DNA of 63,931 nt, filler included, from Lama guanicoe (GCA_013239625.1; 160 parts of 160 records of this genome joined end to end with filler, not necessarily neighbours in it), one strand, 5' to 3'. Shown: positions 11,891-24,789, numbered from the whole stretch's first letter. Notes: generated by a model not told the origin, from the letters alone. Made by a program: numbers and translations.

Positions 11891-13990
11891 NNNNNNNNNN
11901 NNNNNNNNNNNNNNNNNNNNNNNNNNNNNNNNNNTTAATTAATTAANNNNNNNNNNNNNNNNNNNNNNNNNNNNNNNNNNNNNNNNNNNNGTCATGTGGC
12001 TTGTGATCTGTTACCAAGGCAGCATCGTCTGTTCGAATATTGGGTAGTCATTTAGGCCCAGGTGTCCTCCACAGCCACGTGGTGGGAAATTGTGGACCCA
12101 TGGAAGAAAAGCTCATTTAACACCTTTGAAAACTCTTCCCGTCAGAAGCATGGGGACAGACTGAAATCTGCACCACATACAGTTAAAAAGAACTGCTTTT
12201 GAATCCTCGTCCTGCAATTTAGCTACTGTAGTGACCTTAGAAAAATTCTTAACCATGCAGCATCTCCATTTCCTCACTTACAAAATACCANNNNNNNNNN
12301 NNNNNNNNNNNNNNNNNNNNNNNNNNNNNNNNNNTTAATTAATTAANNNNNNNNNNNNNNNNNNNNNNNNNNNNNNNNNNNNNNNNNNNNCCTTGGTTTC
12401 TGCCTTCTGCCCAACCTTCCCCATCTAATCGCGCATGCTCCTGCTTGTCCAGGTTGGGAATTCTTCGTCACTGTTGGGTCCCCCTCATCCATAGGCTGAG
12501 CTCTCCTGTAGCATTTTTGCCTGGGCTCTTTCCTCTGCAGTCGCCTTGTGTCATGCATCGTCACCCTCTTTCTAAGAACTCTTTCCACGAGTTGGATTCT
12601 GTCCCTTCCTGTGCAGATGCCCTGTGGCTCCCTGTATCTCGTCTACATGATGACATGTCTATATCTTTGCAGGCTCTACAGGCTTTTTGANNNNNNNNNN
12701 NNNNNNNNNNNNNNNNNNNNNNNNNNNNNNNNNNTTAATTAATTAANNNNNNNNNNNNNNNNNNNNNNNNNNNNNNNNNNNNNNNNNNNNTCACAAAATG
12801 ATAATGACTGTCAGAAAAGTGTAACAGTTACATTGAAGGATATGAATTTCGCTGTTGCTGTTAAAGTTATCTGCTTATTTTGTCTTTGTTTTTTGCTAAA
12901 ACAATCATAAATACTAGAAGACTCAAACTCTCAGTGGTCACTTCAGATTACTGTTCCCCTAAGACCCTCATCAGTGTAATGAACAGGAGTGACCTTCTGC
13001 CAAGCCTGAGGAACATCCCCTGTCACCAGTCTCAATGAATTGCTATAACCCTTGGTCCCTTCTAACTGTTTTTGGTAAGTCTGGCACCTTNNNNNNNNNN
13101 NNNNNNNNNNNNNNNNNNNNNNNNNNNNNNNNNNTTAATTAATTAANNNNNNNNNNNNNNNNNNNNNNNNNNNNNNNNNNNNNNNNNNNNGAATTCAGAA
13201 GTTTCATTAAGCATGCTGATGGTGATCCATTGTGGCATAAACATTTATTTATTATTATTGTTAATTATTTATTCCAATCTTTGTTTCTTATTCTTTATAA
13301 GACAGAATAATACTAATTTATAAGCCACTCCTGTTCGGCAGCTTTTGGAGAAAATTAACCATAGGAGGTCTGTGTTAAATTACTGAAGTGGTCATATTAT
13401 TTGCTTTACAGGATTTTATTGTAAGAGCAAAGACAGGGATGTTTATAGTTTGCTGCCATTGATTGCCTAGCACTTAGATGTTAACACAGGNNNNNNNNNN
13501 NNNNNNNNNNNNNNNNNNNNNNNNNNNNNNNNNNTTAATTAATTAANNNNNNNNNNNNNNNNNNNNNNNNNNNNNNNNNNNNNNNNNNNNTGGATTTTAA
13601 CCCCAAAGATAAGAGGTAAGACTGGGCACTTGGAGGAGTGAACAAAAGGAGTGAATCAAGCCGACCGAGAGAGCGTAGGAATCCCAGGCATCACAGTGTA
13701 CCCATCTAAAGCGAGTTATTCACTTAAACTGACCACAGTTTGCCATTTTGTGGTGTTCTGCAGCCATTCCCGGAAGGACTGGTAGAGAATCTGTTCAGTT
13801 TGTGAGGTGGGTGTGATGATGGTACTGAGAAATCACAAACTGTAAGCCATGAAGATTTAAGTGATGTCAAAAGAGGGCAGATGAACAACANNNNNNNNNN
13901 NNNNNNNNNNNNNNNNNNNNNNNNNNNNNNNNNNTTAATTAATTAANNNNNNNNNNNNNNNNNNNNNNNNNNNNNNNNNNNNNNNNNNNN

Positions 13991-14110
13991 AGTCTCTGCA
14001 CCTCAGTTTCCTCATTTTAACACAGTATCTACCAATAGGATTGCTAAAAAGATTAAAGCTCTTGAAAGAGGGCCAGGCATGTCGTAGTTTCTCAACATGA
14101 TGAGAACTTA
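13991..14110 (+). mobile_element. MIR SINE fragment
   Basis: MIR core ctctgcacctcagtttcctcatttt...taggattgct...gattaaa. Confidence 0.7.
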
Positions 14111-14390
14111 GCATTTGCTGTGGTGTGGAGGTGGCCTTTCGTTGCTTCACTACCTAGCAGAAAAGATGGTTTGGGAGGGCTGTGTGTCAACGCACCCAAC
14201 TGGAGGTGCAGAGGGAGGTGAAATTGATAGTTTCACAATCTCTGACTTATTCCCTTGTGTTTCAGACAGTGTGTTGAATTCTCAGGGTCTNNNNNNNNNN
14301 NNNNNNNNNNNNNNNNNNNNNNNNNNNNNNNNNNTTAATTAATTAANNNNNNNNNNNNNNNNNNNNNNNNNNNNNNNNNNNNNNNNNNNN

Positions 14391-14580
14391 TTCATTGTTT
14401 TCCTTGGATTTTTAAGGCATATCACCATATCAGCTGCAACAGAGATAGTTTTAAATGTTCTCTTACCAGAAACTTATCTTTAATTTCTTTCTCTTCTATA
14501 ACTATCTTGGGAAATTTTCTAAAAACAGCATTAAGTAGTAATGGTGGTAACGGACATTCTTGCCTTTTCCTCTGTTTGGG
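14391..14580 (-). mobile_element. Old LINE-1 ORF2 fragment
   Basis: atcaccatatcagctgcaacagagatagttt and tagtaatggtggtaacggacattcttgcctt. Confidence 0.7.
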
Positions 14581-15190
14581 GGAGTGCCTTGCTTAGGGGG
14601 AACGCCCCAGTTTGAGGCCAACATACATGACACACAACACTCTCACATACACATGTATCAGATTAAGAAAGTGCCTCTTTAATCTGAGTGNNNNNNNNNN
14701 NNNNNNNNNNNNNNNNNNNNNNNNNNNNNNNNNNTTAATTAATTAANNNNNNNNNNNNNNNNNNNNNNNNNNNNNNNNNNNNNNNNNNNNTTTTTTTTTA
14801 ACACTGGATAATATTTTTTGTAATATAGTTTATTTACCCATTCCTCTACTGAAGGACATCTTGGTTGCTTCCAAGTGTTGACAATTATGTATAAATCTGT
14901 CATAAACTACTGTGTATAGAATAAATAATTTTTGTTAATTTCTTCACAGGTTCTAATAATCACCTTTTTTTCTTCTTAATGCTTATGAATAACCCTTTAA
15001 TAATCATACTCAAATACTCCCAGAGTTTGAGGTAAAGTGAATAATCTGTGGAATGTACATCCCCTTTTAAAAGACGTCATGATGTACAAANNNNNNNNNN
15101 NNNNNNNNNNNNNNNNNNNNNNNNNNNNNNNNNNTTAATTAATTAANNNNNNNNNNNNNNNNNNNNNNNNNNNNNNNNNNNNNNNNNNNN

Positions 15191-15489
15191 TGGCCCAAAC
15201 CGCACCCCAGGCCAGGCCCCCGCGACCACTGGCCCAAAAGGATTCCCAAGACAGGCCCATGCGACCACTTGCCCAAACCGCTCCCCAGACCAGGAACCCA
15301 CGACCACTGACCCAAACCGCTCCCCAAACCAGGCCACCGTGACCAATAACCCAAACCGCTCCACAGACCAGGCCCCCGCAACCACTGACTCAAAACGGTC
15401 CCCAGAACTGGCCCCCGCTACCACTGGCCCAAATCGCGCTCCAGGACAGGCCACCGCGACCACTGGCCCAAACCGCTCCCCAAACCAGG
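15191..15489. repeat. 39-bp GC-rich tandem repeat (7.7 units, no indels)
   Basis: Consensus approximately TGGCCCAAACCGCTCCCCAGACCAGGCCCCCGCGACCAC, repeated across the whole contig with substitutions only. Confidence 0.95.
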
Positions 15490-16389
15490 NNNNNNNNNNN
15501 NNNNNNNNNNNNNNNNNNNNNNNNNNNNNNNNNTTAATTAATTAANNNNNNNNNNNNNNNNNNNNNNNNNNNNNNNNNNNNNNNNNNNNTTAAATACTTT
15601 GTTCCTGGAAAAAAAGGATGAAGAAACTAACCTAGAAATGAATTCAGCTTAATTTTAAGTGTAAGAAGCAGGCAGCACCCTGGACTCCGCTCCCCAAGCT
15701 TGCTGTCTGTCTGTGCTAGGCCCTGTGGGAGGGCTAGTTTCCTGATTCTGAGGACCCAGAGGTGGGGGGCTTCATGGCGGTCCTGGCCGTGGGCAGAGGC
15801 ATTGACAGTCGGTTGCACCTGGAAGGACAAGTCATGCGCAAGGAGTTTGGAGAAGGCACTGTGACTCCCATCACCCCGAAGGGCAGGATNNNNNNNNNNN
15901 NNNNNNNNNNNNNNNNNNNNNNNNNNNNNNNNNTTAATTAATTAANNNNNNNNNNNNNNNNNNNNNNNNNNNNNNNNNNNNNNNNNNNNTTTAGGCTTGC
16001 TCTTTATCACTTTATTTTTATTGTATGTAAAAGTCCTGAGTGAATGTCACCGTGGACTCTTCAGTTCTCTGAGGACGGTGTCCCCACTGCTGCGTGTTTC
16101 AGGCTCTTTGCCAAAAGATGACACAAAAGATTCATTAATGATTTGGAACCTAATTCACCTAGGACTCATGTTTACTCACTTGATTTCATGTTTGGCACAT
16201 AAAACAAGTATCAATTTTATTACTGTCAGAAATTCTCATTTTTGTCTAGAAAGGTCCAGGTCCAAATATCATGTCTTTCCAAACTGGAANNNNNNNNNNN
16301 NNNNNNNNNNNNNNNNNNNNNNNNNNNNNNNNNTTAATTAATTAANNNNNNNNNNNNNNNNNNNNNNNNNNNNNNNNNNNNNNNNNNNN

Positions 16390-16689
16390 GAAAAATATCC
16401 CAGAAAGTAGAAAAAGACAGAGATAGGAACAAAAGAGAGCAGACTATTACAACAGAAATTAATCCCTAGATGCTAAACAAATTACTAAGTTTGCGAAAGG
16501 GGAAAGAGGGAATAATCAAAGAAAAAGCCAATTCCTCCAATTCCAGTGCACAGATTTCCAGAGCAAAGGGTTCACTTTGTGTCCAGCCTAGCATATTAAA
16601 AAATGGCATAACTAATACAACAACGTGTACGCCAAGAACAACACAGTCATAAAGAGAAGATACTAAGATCTTCCTTAAAAAAAAAAAAA
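16390..16689 (+). mobile_element. Highly degenerate LINE-1 ORF1-region fragment
   Basis: A-rich, with ataatcaaagaaaa..aattcc, cagattt..agagc and gtccagc spaced as in old L1 ORF1. Confidence 0.5.
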
Positions 16690-17589
16690 NNNNNNNNNNN
16701 NNNNNNNNNNNNNNNNNNNNNNNNNNNNNNNNNTTAATTAATTAANNNNNNNNNNNNNNNNNNNNNNNNNNNNNNNNNNNNNNNNNNNNGAAAACAACTA
16801 ATCAGCTAATTGTTAGACATGAAACTGCAGTGAAAAGCTTATCTAATGAACAAAATATAGATTTCACATATTATTCTTTTCAAAGAGGGATATATAACTT
16901 TCTAATCCTGTATAATTATATCATCTACAAAATGATTGTATGTTCTAAATAAACCTGAAGTAGTGACTGTCTTTACAGTCTATGCCTTTTCAATAATACT
17001 GACAATTATTAGAACATTCATTTTACCTTCCACATCATAGCTTTCTCCTAATTCCCACATGTTTACCCATGATTTAATTACAAGGTAATNNNNNNNNNNN
17101 NNNNNNNNNNNNNNNNNNNNNNNNNNNNNNNNNTTAATTAATTAANNNNNNNNNNNNNNNNNNNNNNNNNNNNNNNNNNNNNNNNNNNNGATTAAAATAG
17201 CCCCCCAATTCCAGTGGGACACCAGTGTTGGTCCTTCTTCTAATTGCCTGGTCTGGCTCTAATGAGAACCTGGGCTTTAAGACTTCCTTATTCTCTTAGT
17301 CCTAGCCAACGCCATGCTCAGCCCTATTGTCCAAACATCCTAAACCAGAGGTCCAGTGCTCTTCAGCTCATCTAGGAGGGATTTTTAGTTATTTATAACA
17401 ACTCATATAAATGGTTCAACTTGATTCTTCCTTCCAAGAGTGTTGGGAGATACCCATTATTATGCCCATTTTACAGATGATGGTTTTGTNNNNNNNNNNN
17501 NNNNNNNNNNNNNNNNNNNNNNNNNNNNNNNNNTTAATTAATTAANNNNNNNNNNNNNNNNNNNNNNNNNNNNNNNNNNNNNNNNNNNN

Positions 17590-17889
17590 AGTGAGGAAAA
17601 TAAGAATTTTGATATGACAAAATTTAAAGATATTATTGAAGAATGTGTCCGACAAAATATTCCAAAAGAAAAACATAAGGCCTTGCCTCCAATTTCTTCT
17701 CCACCTCCTGAATATACACTTCCTATACAGGAGGGAGAGACATATAAACCTGTTGTTTTAAGTCCTTTACAAAGGGCTTTACAACAAGCAACTAAGGAAG
17801 GAGAGCATATTCCCGGATTTTCTTTGGTATATCCGGTTCCTGAAGATGCTCAACAACAAAGATATTACGAATCCATTCCTTTTAAACAG
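17590..17889 (+). mobile_element. gag: Endogenous betaretrovirus gag fragment, copy B
   Basis: Same boundaries as 9191-9490, 280/300 nt identical, no indels or stops: ...SSPPPEY...SPLQRALQQATKEGEHIPGFSLVYPVPEDAQQQRYYESIPFKQ. Confidence 0.9.
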
Positions 17890-17989
17890 NNNNNNNNNNN
17901 NNNNNNNNNNNNNNNNNNNNNNNNNNNNNNNNNTTAATTAATTAANNNNNNNNNNNNNNNNNNNNNNNNNNNNNNNNNNNNNNNNNNNN

Positions 17990-18140
17990 GCATCACAGCA
18001 CCTGAAACTTGTTACCCATGCAAATTGTACAAGCCCCGCCCCAGATCTACTGGATTACAAAGTCACAGGTTCTGGGTCAGCAATATGGGCTTTAGCCAGC
18101 CCTCCAACTGATTCAGATCGATGCTTGCGATAGAGAAGCA
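17990..18140. mobile_element. MER5A-like (hAT-Charlie) DNA transposon fragment
   Basis: cacctgaaacttgtta..atgcaaatt, gccccgcccccagatctactg, cagcaatatgggcttta, gccctcca..tgattc. Confidence 0.7.
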
Positions 18141-18389
18141 AGATCCTAGTAAACCACCATTGTTGAGAGCAATGCACTGTTAAGGGGGGTATCCTCATAC
18201 TTCTCAAATCTTAGATGTTGAGGAATTTATCAATAAAATTTACATCCTATAAGACTTCCAAAGCAATGACTTGAACAGCCTTTTTTTTTNNNNNNNNNNN
18301 NNNNNNNNNNNNNNNNNNNNNNNNNNNNNNNNNTTAATTAATTAANNNNNNNNNNNNNNNNNNNNNNNNNNNNNNNNNNNNNNNNNNNN

Positions 18390-18689
18390 TCTTTTAACAA
18401 CTTACCAAATACAACACTGCTGACCTGTCATTTCGTTTGGATGTAGTGACTCAAAAGTACAGAATATTTTAAGACATGAAAATTTCACCTACTAGATTTC
18501 AAATTAAGTGATAAAAGCAAAGGCAATTCAAATAGTAACATGGCACAATTTTCCGTTAGTGGTTTTAAAACACTCATTTAAACAAGGGATGATTCACTTG
18601 GTTAGATATTTGAAATACAACTTTATTCTGATTCTAAACGAAAAGGAATGGGAATGACAGTAACAAACAAGATTTCACCACTGAATATT
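18390..18689 (-). other. RAN: RAN 3'UTR segment including a polyadenylation signal (AATAAA on the minus strand at 18622-18627) and downstream sequence
   Basis: Reverse complement aatattcagtggtgaaatcttgtttgttactgtcattcccattccttttcgtttagaatcagaataaagttgtatttcaaatatctaa matches the recalled conserved mammalian RAN 3'UTR, and similarity continues past the signal. Confidence 0.75.
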
Positions 18690-19189
18690 NNNNNNNNNNN
18701 NNNNNNNNNNNNNNNNNNNNNNNNNNNNNNNNNTTAATTAATTAANNNNNNNNNNNNNNNNNNNNNNNNNNNNNNNNNNNNNNNNNNNNCACCCCTCCCT
18801 CATTCTATGTGACCCCTGTGAGACTGTCAACCAAGACCCGTTCCCCAAACCCTCAACCAAAGGTAGGTCATGTGATCAAAAATAGGCCAGACTCTGTCTC
18901 CTGGGAATTTGAGTCTTTGGTGGGGGTTCTGACAGGAGATGGTGAGTACTGAGTGCAGAGATGCCCCCTTTCTTCCTGCTCCTCCATCTGGGAGCTCCTC
19001 TCCTGAAGGATGCTCATTTAATCCTTCCCCACTGCTTTATGAATATTCTGCCAAGAGGTAATTTTAAACTGGAATCAACCAGAATTACTNNNNNNNNNNN
19101 NNNNNNNNNNNNNNNNNNNNNNNNNNNNNNNNNTTAATTAATTAANNNNNNNNNNNNNNNNNNNNNNNNNNNNNNNNNNNNNNNNNNNN

Positions 19190-19489
19190 AATAAGCAAAT
19201 GGAACCAAATTATACTAAAAAGCTTTTGCACAGCATAGGAGATTATCAACAAATCCAAAAGGCATCATACCAAATGGGAGAAGATATTTGCAATGACATA
19301 TTCAATAGGAAGTTGATATTCAAAATATACAATGAACTCATTCTACTCAACATAAAAAAAGCCACCTGATTAACTATGGGTAGAAAACCCAAATACACAT
19401 TTTTCCAAAGTAGACATACAGAGGGCCAACATGCACATGAAAAGATGTTCAGCATCACTAATTATCAAGGAAATGAAAATCCAGACCTC
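19190..19489 (+). mobile_element. LINE-1 ORF2 3' fragment
   Basis: aaaagcttttgcacagca, aatgggagaagatatttgcaa, agacatacagagggccaac, atgaaaagatgttcagcatcactaatt. Confidence 0.92.
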
Positions 19490-20389
19490 NNNNNNNNNNN
19501 NNNNNNNNNNNNNNNNNNNNNNNNNNNNNNNNNTTAATTAATTAANNNNNNNNNNNNNNNNNNNNNNNNNNNNNNNNNNNNNNNNNNNNAAAAAAAAGAA
19601 AACAAACACAACTCTATTTGCAAAGGATCTTATGGGTAAACCCAAACTCTAAAAGTATTAAACTCTTACTCCTAAGCCAGTTCTAAGAGAACAAAGAAAG
19701 GGCTGTGTGTGTGTGAAGCAGGGACTGAGAAAATTTGAGAAAGACAGCCAAAAAGAGACTCCCATTGGCTGGATCACCAAAAGACATTTAAGAACAGTGT
19801 CTAACGTTTAATTTCAGGGTTTGGCAGAACCTCCCTATGAGCCCCTCTGTTACCATGAACCCCCATATTGTGGGTCTTCCATGCCCTTANNNNNNNNNNN
19901 NNNNNNNNNNNNNNNNNNNNNNNNNNNNNNNNNTTAATTAATTAANNNNNNNNNNNNNNNNNNNNNNNNNNNNNNNNNNNNNNNNNNNNTGTTTATGAAG
20001 AAATTACATAGCTTAGCAAATTCAAGAGTAAACACAATCAAGGACCATATGAAATTTAATTAAAAGAACAAGCTAAAGCTATGTTTAAGAAGACTTTAAA
20101 TATACGTTTGCAGATGAACAGTACTATATATAAAACCTTTTTGGGGAAAGAGTAACTTGGAAAACTGGCATGTTATCTGGTGAACAGTTAAAACAGATAT
20201 TCTGAATAAGCAATAAATAAAAATAAATTAAATACTAGTACCAGAAAGCTGTTAAGTACTTAGAAAAATATAATCCATTAAATTAATAGNNNNNNNNNNN
20301 NNNNNNNNNNNNNNNNNNNNNNNNNNNNNNNNNTTAATTAATTAANNNNNNNNNNNNNNNNNNNNNNNNNNNNNNNNNNNNNNNNNNNN

Positions 20390-20689
20390 GAGCGCCGCGC
20401 GGGAGCGGCGCGAGCCCGAGGGGGCGGGGAGGCGCGGGCGTGCGCGCGCCGGGCGTGGGTGTGGGTGGGGGTAAGAGGAGCGGGCGCGGCGGGCGCGCGG
20501 GGCAGAGGGACGCCGGCTACCCTGGACAGCGCATCGCCGCCCGCCGGCGTCGCCGCGGATCATGGTGAGTGCCGGCCGCGCGCCGTCTCCGCCGCTCGCT
20601 TTCTTTCTTTCTCCCGGCGACCGACGCGCGGGGCGGCAGGGGCCGAGCGGGCGGCGGCGCGGGAGCCGCGGGTTCGACCGCTGGAACCC
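20390..20689 (+). promoter_or_regulatory. CpG island with a probable first exon ending in the start codon (ATG 20562-20564, donor GTGAGT 20565-20570)
   Basis: Extreme CpG density, GC boxes (ggggcggga), and cgccgcggatcATG|gtgagt with a consensus donor. Gene not recognised. Confidence 0.7.
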
Positions 20690-20874
20690 NNNNNNNNNNN
20701 NNNNNNNNNNNNNNNNNNNNNNNNNNNNNNNNNTTAATTAATTAANNNNNNNNNNNNNNNNNNNNNNNNNNNNNNNNNNNNNNNNNNNNAGCCACCGTGA
20801 ACTGCAAGTATGCTATCTTATTGTTCACCTTGGGAAGTAAGTAGAATGGGAGCTGCAGGTGAGGTCTCTGAGGT

Positions 20875-21089
20875 AAGACTGCCTTGATCTGTATCCTAGG
20901 TCTGCCAGACGTGTCACGTCTCTGTCTGCCTCAGTGTTCTTATCCATTAAATGGGAGCAATAGTACCTACTTCATACTAGCCATTGCACCTACTTAAGAG
21001 CGTGTTGTAAATATTAAATGGAACAGTAGAATGTGAAACGGAAAAGTGCCTGACTTTTAGTAAGTGATCAAAACCTTTTGGTTATTACT
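20875..21089 (+). mobile_element. MIR SINE fragment
   Basis: tctctgtctgcctcagtgttcttatccattaaatgggagcaatagtacctacttcata...gtgcctgac..ttagtaagtg. Confidence 0.75.
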
Positions 21090-22069
21090 NNNNNNNNNNN
21101 NNNNNNNNNNNNNNNNNNNNNNNNNNNNNNNNNTTAATTAATTAANNNNNNNNNNNNNNNNNNNNNNNNNNNNNNNNNNNNNNNNNNNNTTAAAACATCC
21201 TAATTTATTACATAAAAGGAAATCATACCCTCCCCTTATACTTCCTCCCCTTTTAATTATTTCGGTTTTCTTCACAGCACCTACCAGTAGCTAAAGCATC
21301 ATGTGCACAGGAAGCCTGCCTTCCCCTCTGACAGTAAACTCCTGCTAAGCGCTGGGACCGGGTCTGGTCTCCATGCTGCTCCAGGGCTGGCACAGTGGCC
21401 AGTGCACAGTGTATTCATATGTGTTCAATAAGTTAACCTATAGTCTTATTATGGTTTACAATAAAATCATTTACCATCCCCTCCCCCAANNNNNNNNNNN
21501 NNNNNNNNNNNNNNNNNNNNNNNNNNNNNNNNNTTAATTAATTAANNNNNNNNNNNNNNNNNNNNNNNNNNNNNNNNNNNNNNNNNNNNGATGACCTGTC
21601 ACTTTACTGTATTCAGCTGTTTTTATCCATGATATCCCCCGACTCAGTCTTTCTAAATGAGATTCACATGTCAGTGTGGTCTCAAAAGCAATTTCCCAGG
21701 GTTTCTCACAGAACCCCAAGCTCCAAACATTATGAAGATTTTTTTCATATACACTATAAACCTCTCTGCAGCATAGCAGTGCCTCATCATAATTTGGTTA
21801 TGTCAAATCCACAGGTGATAGGAACAATAAAAAAGAAACCAAGAAAAGGTTCTTGCTACATTTGAGCACCTTATTTCAGAACAGTTTGANNNNNNNNNNN
21901 NNNNNNNNNNNNNNNNNNNNNNNNNNNNNNNNNTTAATTAATTAANNNNNNNNNNNNNNNNNNNNNNNNNNNNNNNNNNNNNNNNNNNNAACGAGAAGAA
22001 GGCTTCGGTCTGTCCTGTTGACAGGGTCTCAGACGGTACGGGGACACCCAGGGACATCAGTGATAACGT

Positions 22070-22270
22070 TTACCTCATGTTTTCATGTGTCATGCCCTGT
22101 CCTAAGCGCATGACACAAACTGGCTCCTTTCATCCTCAGAGAAAGCCCAGGAAGCACAGGAAGACACGATTACGCCCATTTTACAGATGAGGACACTGAG
22201 GCACAGAGGGGGAGACCTGCAGCTTGCAAGCAACAGAGCTGGGACTGGAACCTTGGCAGGCTGCCTCCAG
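22070..22270 (-). mobile_element. MIR SINE fragment
   Basis: cccattttacagatgaggacactgaggcacagag...cagagctgggactggaacc. Confidence 0.8.
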
Positions 22271-24389
22271 AACCCAGGGCTACTCTAGGNNNNNNNNNNN
22301 NNNNNNNNNNNNNNNNNNNNNNNNNNNNNNNNNTTAATTAATTAANNNNNNNNNNNNNNNNNNNNNNNNNNNNNNNNNNNNNNNNNNNNTCCCCATCCCC
22401 TTCCCCTTCTCCTTCTCCTTTTTTTGATTATAGGCCTGGTTGTTTGAGATTTACATCAAACGTCACTCATGTGCAAATCAGATGTGTTTGGTGCAAATCT
22501 CACTGCATTCTGAGATGATTTGGGGGAGAAGCAATTTAACTTTAAAGGACATTTACAATTCTTTTACCACAAATAAGGGCTAGCTTTTTAGTCTCTAAGT
22601 TATGTTTAATTATAGTTTAATGGAATTCTGAATTATAAAGAAAAAAATGTAAACATAATTTAAGAATATACACTTTAGTCATGAGCTTTNNNNNNNNNNN
22701 NNNNNNNNNNNNNNNNNNNNNNNNNNNNNNNNNTTAATTAATTAANNNNNNNNNNNNNNNNNNNNNNNNNNNNNNNNNNNNNNNNNNNNGAGAGCGTTCA
22801 CCTGAGGCGAGCACCACCATCTCTGTCTAATGAGTCAGCCCACAGCCTGATGCAGCGGTGACCGTGGCTTCCCCCTAACACCGGAGTCTGCGTGGTTCTA
22901 GAGGGTGGAGCTGATGGGGTAAGTGGTGTGGAGCCTGGCAGAAGCAGACCTGTCTGCATCAGGAAGACCTGCCTGCAGGAAGGAAATGCTGAGAACAGGA
23001 GATCAGCTGCTGAAATTAAGCCTGAAACAGGTGGGCCAGGAAGCACTGCCATCCCTGTGGGGCAGCCTGCTGGTTCTGTTCTGTTCAGCNNNNNNNNNNN
23101 NNNNNNNNNNNNNNNNNNNNNNNNNNNNNNNNNTTAATTAATTAANNNNNNNNNNNNNNNNNNNNNNNNNNNNNNNNNNNNNNNNNNNNCCCCAGATGGT
23201 GGGAGGTGCTGAGGACAATGGTGAGGGGTGTGGTCACAAGGAGCCTGGCCCACACTGAGGCTGCTGGTGTCCCATTCCTCAAGGCTACATGCACATGCCC
23301 CTGGGCCACAAGCACCATACACATCACAGGCTTCTACTGCAGGGGTGGGGAAGGCATGGGGGATGGCACGGGGGTGGGGTCTGGGGACAGATGGGAGAGG
23401 CCGCTTGGGTGACAAGGGAAGCAAGCTCGGCCATTGCAAGAGGCGCATAAGCTAGGGGAGGGGCCTCAGGTCAGGCTCTGGACCCCACTNNNNNNNNNNN
23501 NNNNNNNNNNNNNNNNNNNNNNNNNNNNNNNNNTTAATTAATTAANNNNNNNNNNNNNNNNNNNNNNNNNNNNNNNNNNNNNNNNNNNNCAGTTTTAAAA
23601 AATCATAATAAATATTCTCAATAAAATAGTTACAGGAGAAGTTACCTTAACAAAATAAAGGACCTTTAAGAAAGCCCAATTTTACATTTCCAACAAAGAG
23701 AAAACTGCATCCTCTTCCTTTAACGTCTAGTAGATGGCAAAGATGTCCACTCTCACCACTTCAATTCAATACAGGAAGTCAAATTTATAGCATTTTAGAA
23801 AAAAACATAATAATAAAATGCAATGAAATCATATAGGAAGGAACTGTCTTTATGTAAATGGAATGGTCCTGTATAGAATATATATATATNNNNNNNNNNN
23901 NNNNNNNNNNNNNNNNNNNNNNNNNNNNNNNNNTTAATTAATTAANNNNNNNNNNNNNNNNNNNNNNNNNNNNNNNNNNNNNNNNNNNNATGGTGAATAA
24001 GGTAAAGATCTAATGATTTTTCTCTTCCAAATCTAACTCATTGTCCTTAAATCCTTTATTGAACAAGTCTTTCCTTGATTTGCCATATATTAAGTATGGT
24101 ATTATGCCTATATTTACTCAGGCTTTGAATTTTGTTCCATGACTGTTTATTCCAACCCCATTACCATCCTAAGCTTATTATTCTTGCTTTATGTTTTAAT
24201 GTCTGATTATTCAATTCCTTTTATGAATTCTCCTTCTATTTTCTTGATATTGTAATTTTTTTCTGTTAGTGAATTTGGGAGTAATTTTGNNNNNNNNNNN
24301 NNNNNNNNNNNNNNNNNNNNNNNNNNNNNNNNNTTAATTAATTAANNNNNNNNNNNNNNNNNNNNNNNNNNNNNNNNNNNNNNNNNNNN

Positions 24390-24689
24390 GGGGGGGGTAA
24401 TTGGCTGAAGGTGGTCAAAAGGTACAAACTTCTAGTTGTAAGGTAAATAACTACCAGAGATGTATTATACAATGTGATCAGTATAATTAACATTGCTTTA
24501 TGTTACATATGAAAGTTAAGAGAGTATTCTGAGTTCTCATCACAAGAAAAATATTTTTAAAAATTTTACCTGAGTGATGATGGATGTTTACTAATCTAAT
24601 TGTGGTAATCATTTTGTAATGTATATAAATCAAATCATTATGCTGTATACCTTAAACTTATACACTACTGTATGTCAATTATAGCTCAA
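24390..24689 (+). mobile_element. LINE-1 3'UTR / 3' end
   Basis: ggtcaaaaggtacaaacttctagtt, ttctcatcacaagaaaa, tgtggtaatcatttt, tgtataccttaaactta, tgtatgtcaatta. Confidence 0.9.
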
Positions 24690-24789
24690 NNNNNNNNNNN
24701 NNNNNNNNNNNNNNNNNNNNNNNNNNNNNNNNNTTAATTAATTAANNNNNNNNNNNNNNNNNNNNNNNNNNNNNNNNNNNNNNNNNNNN

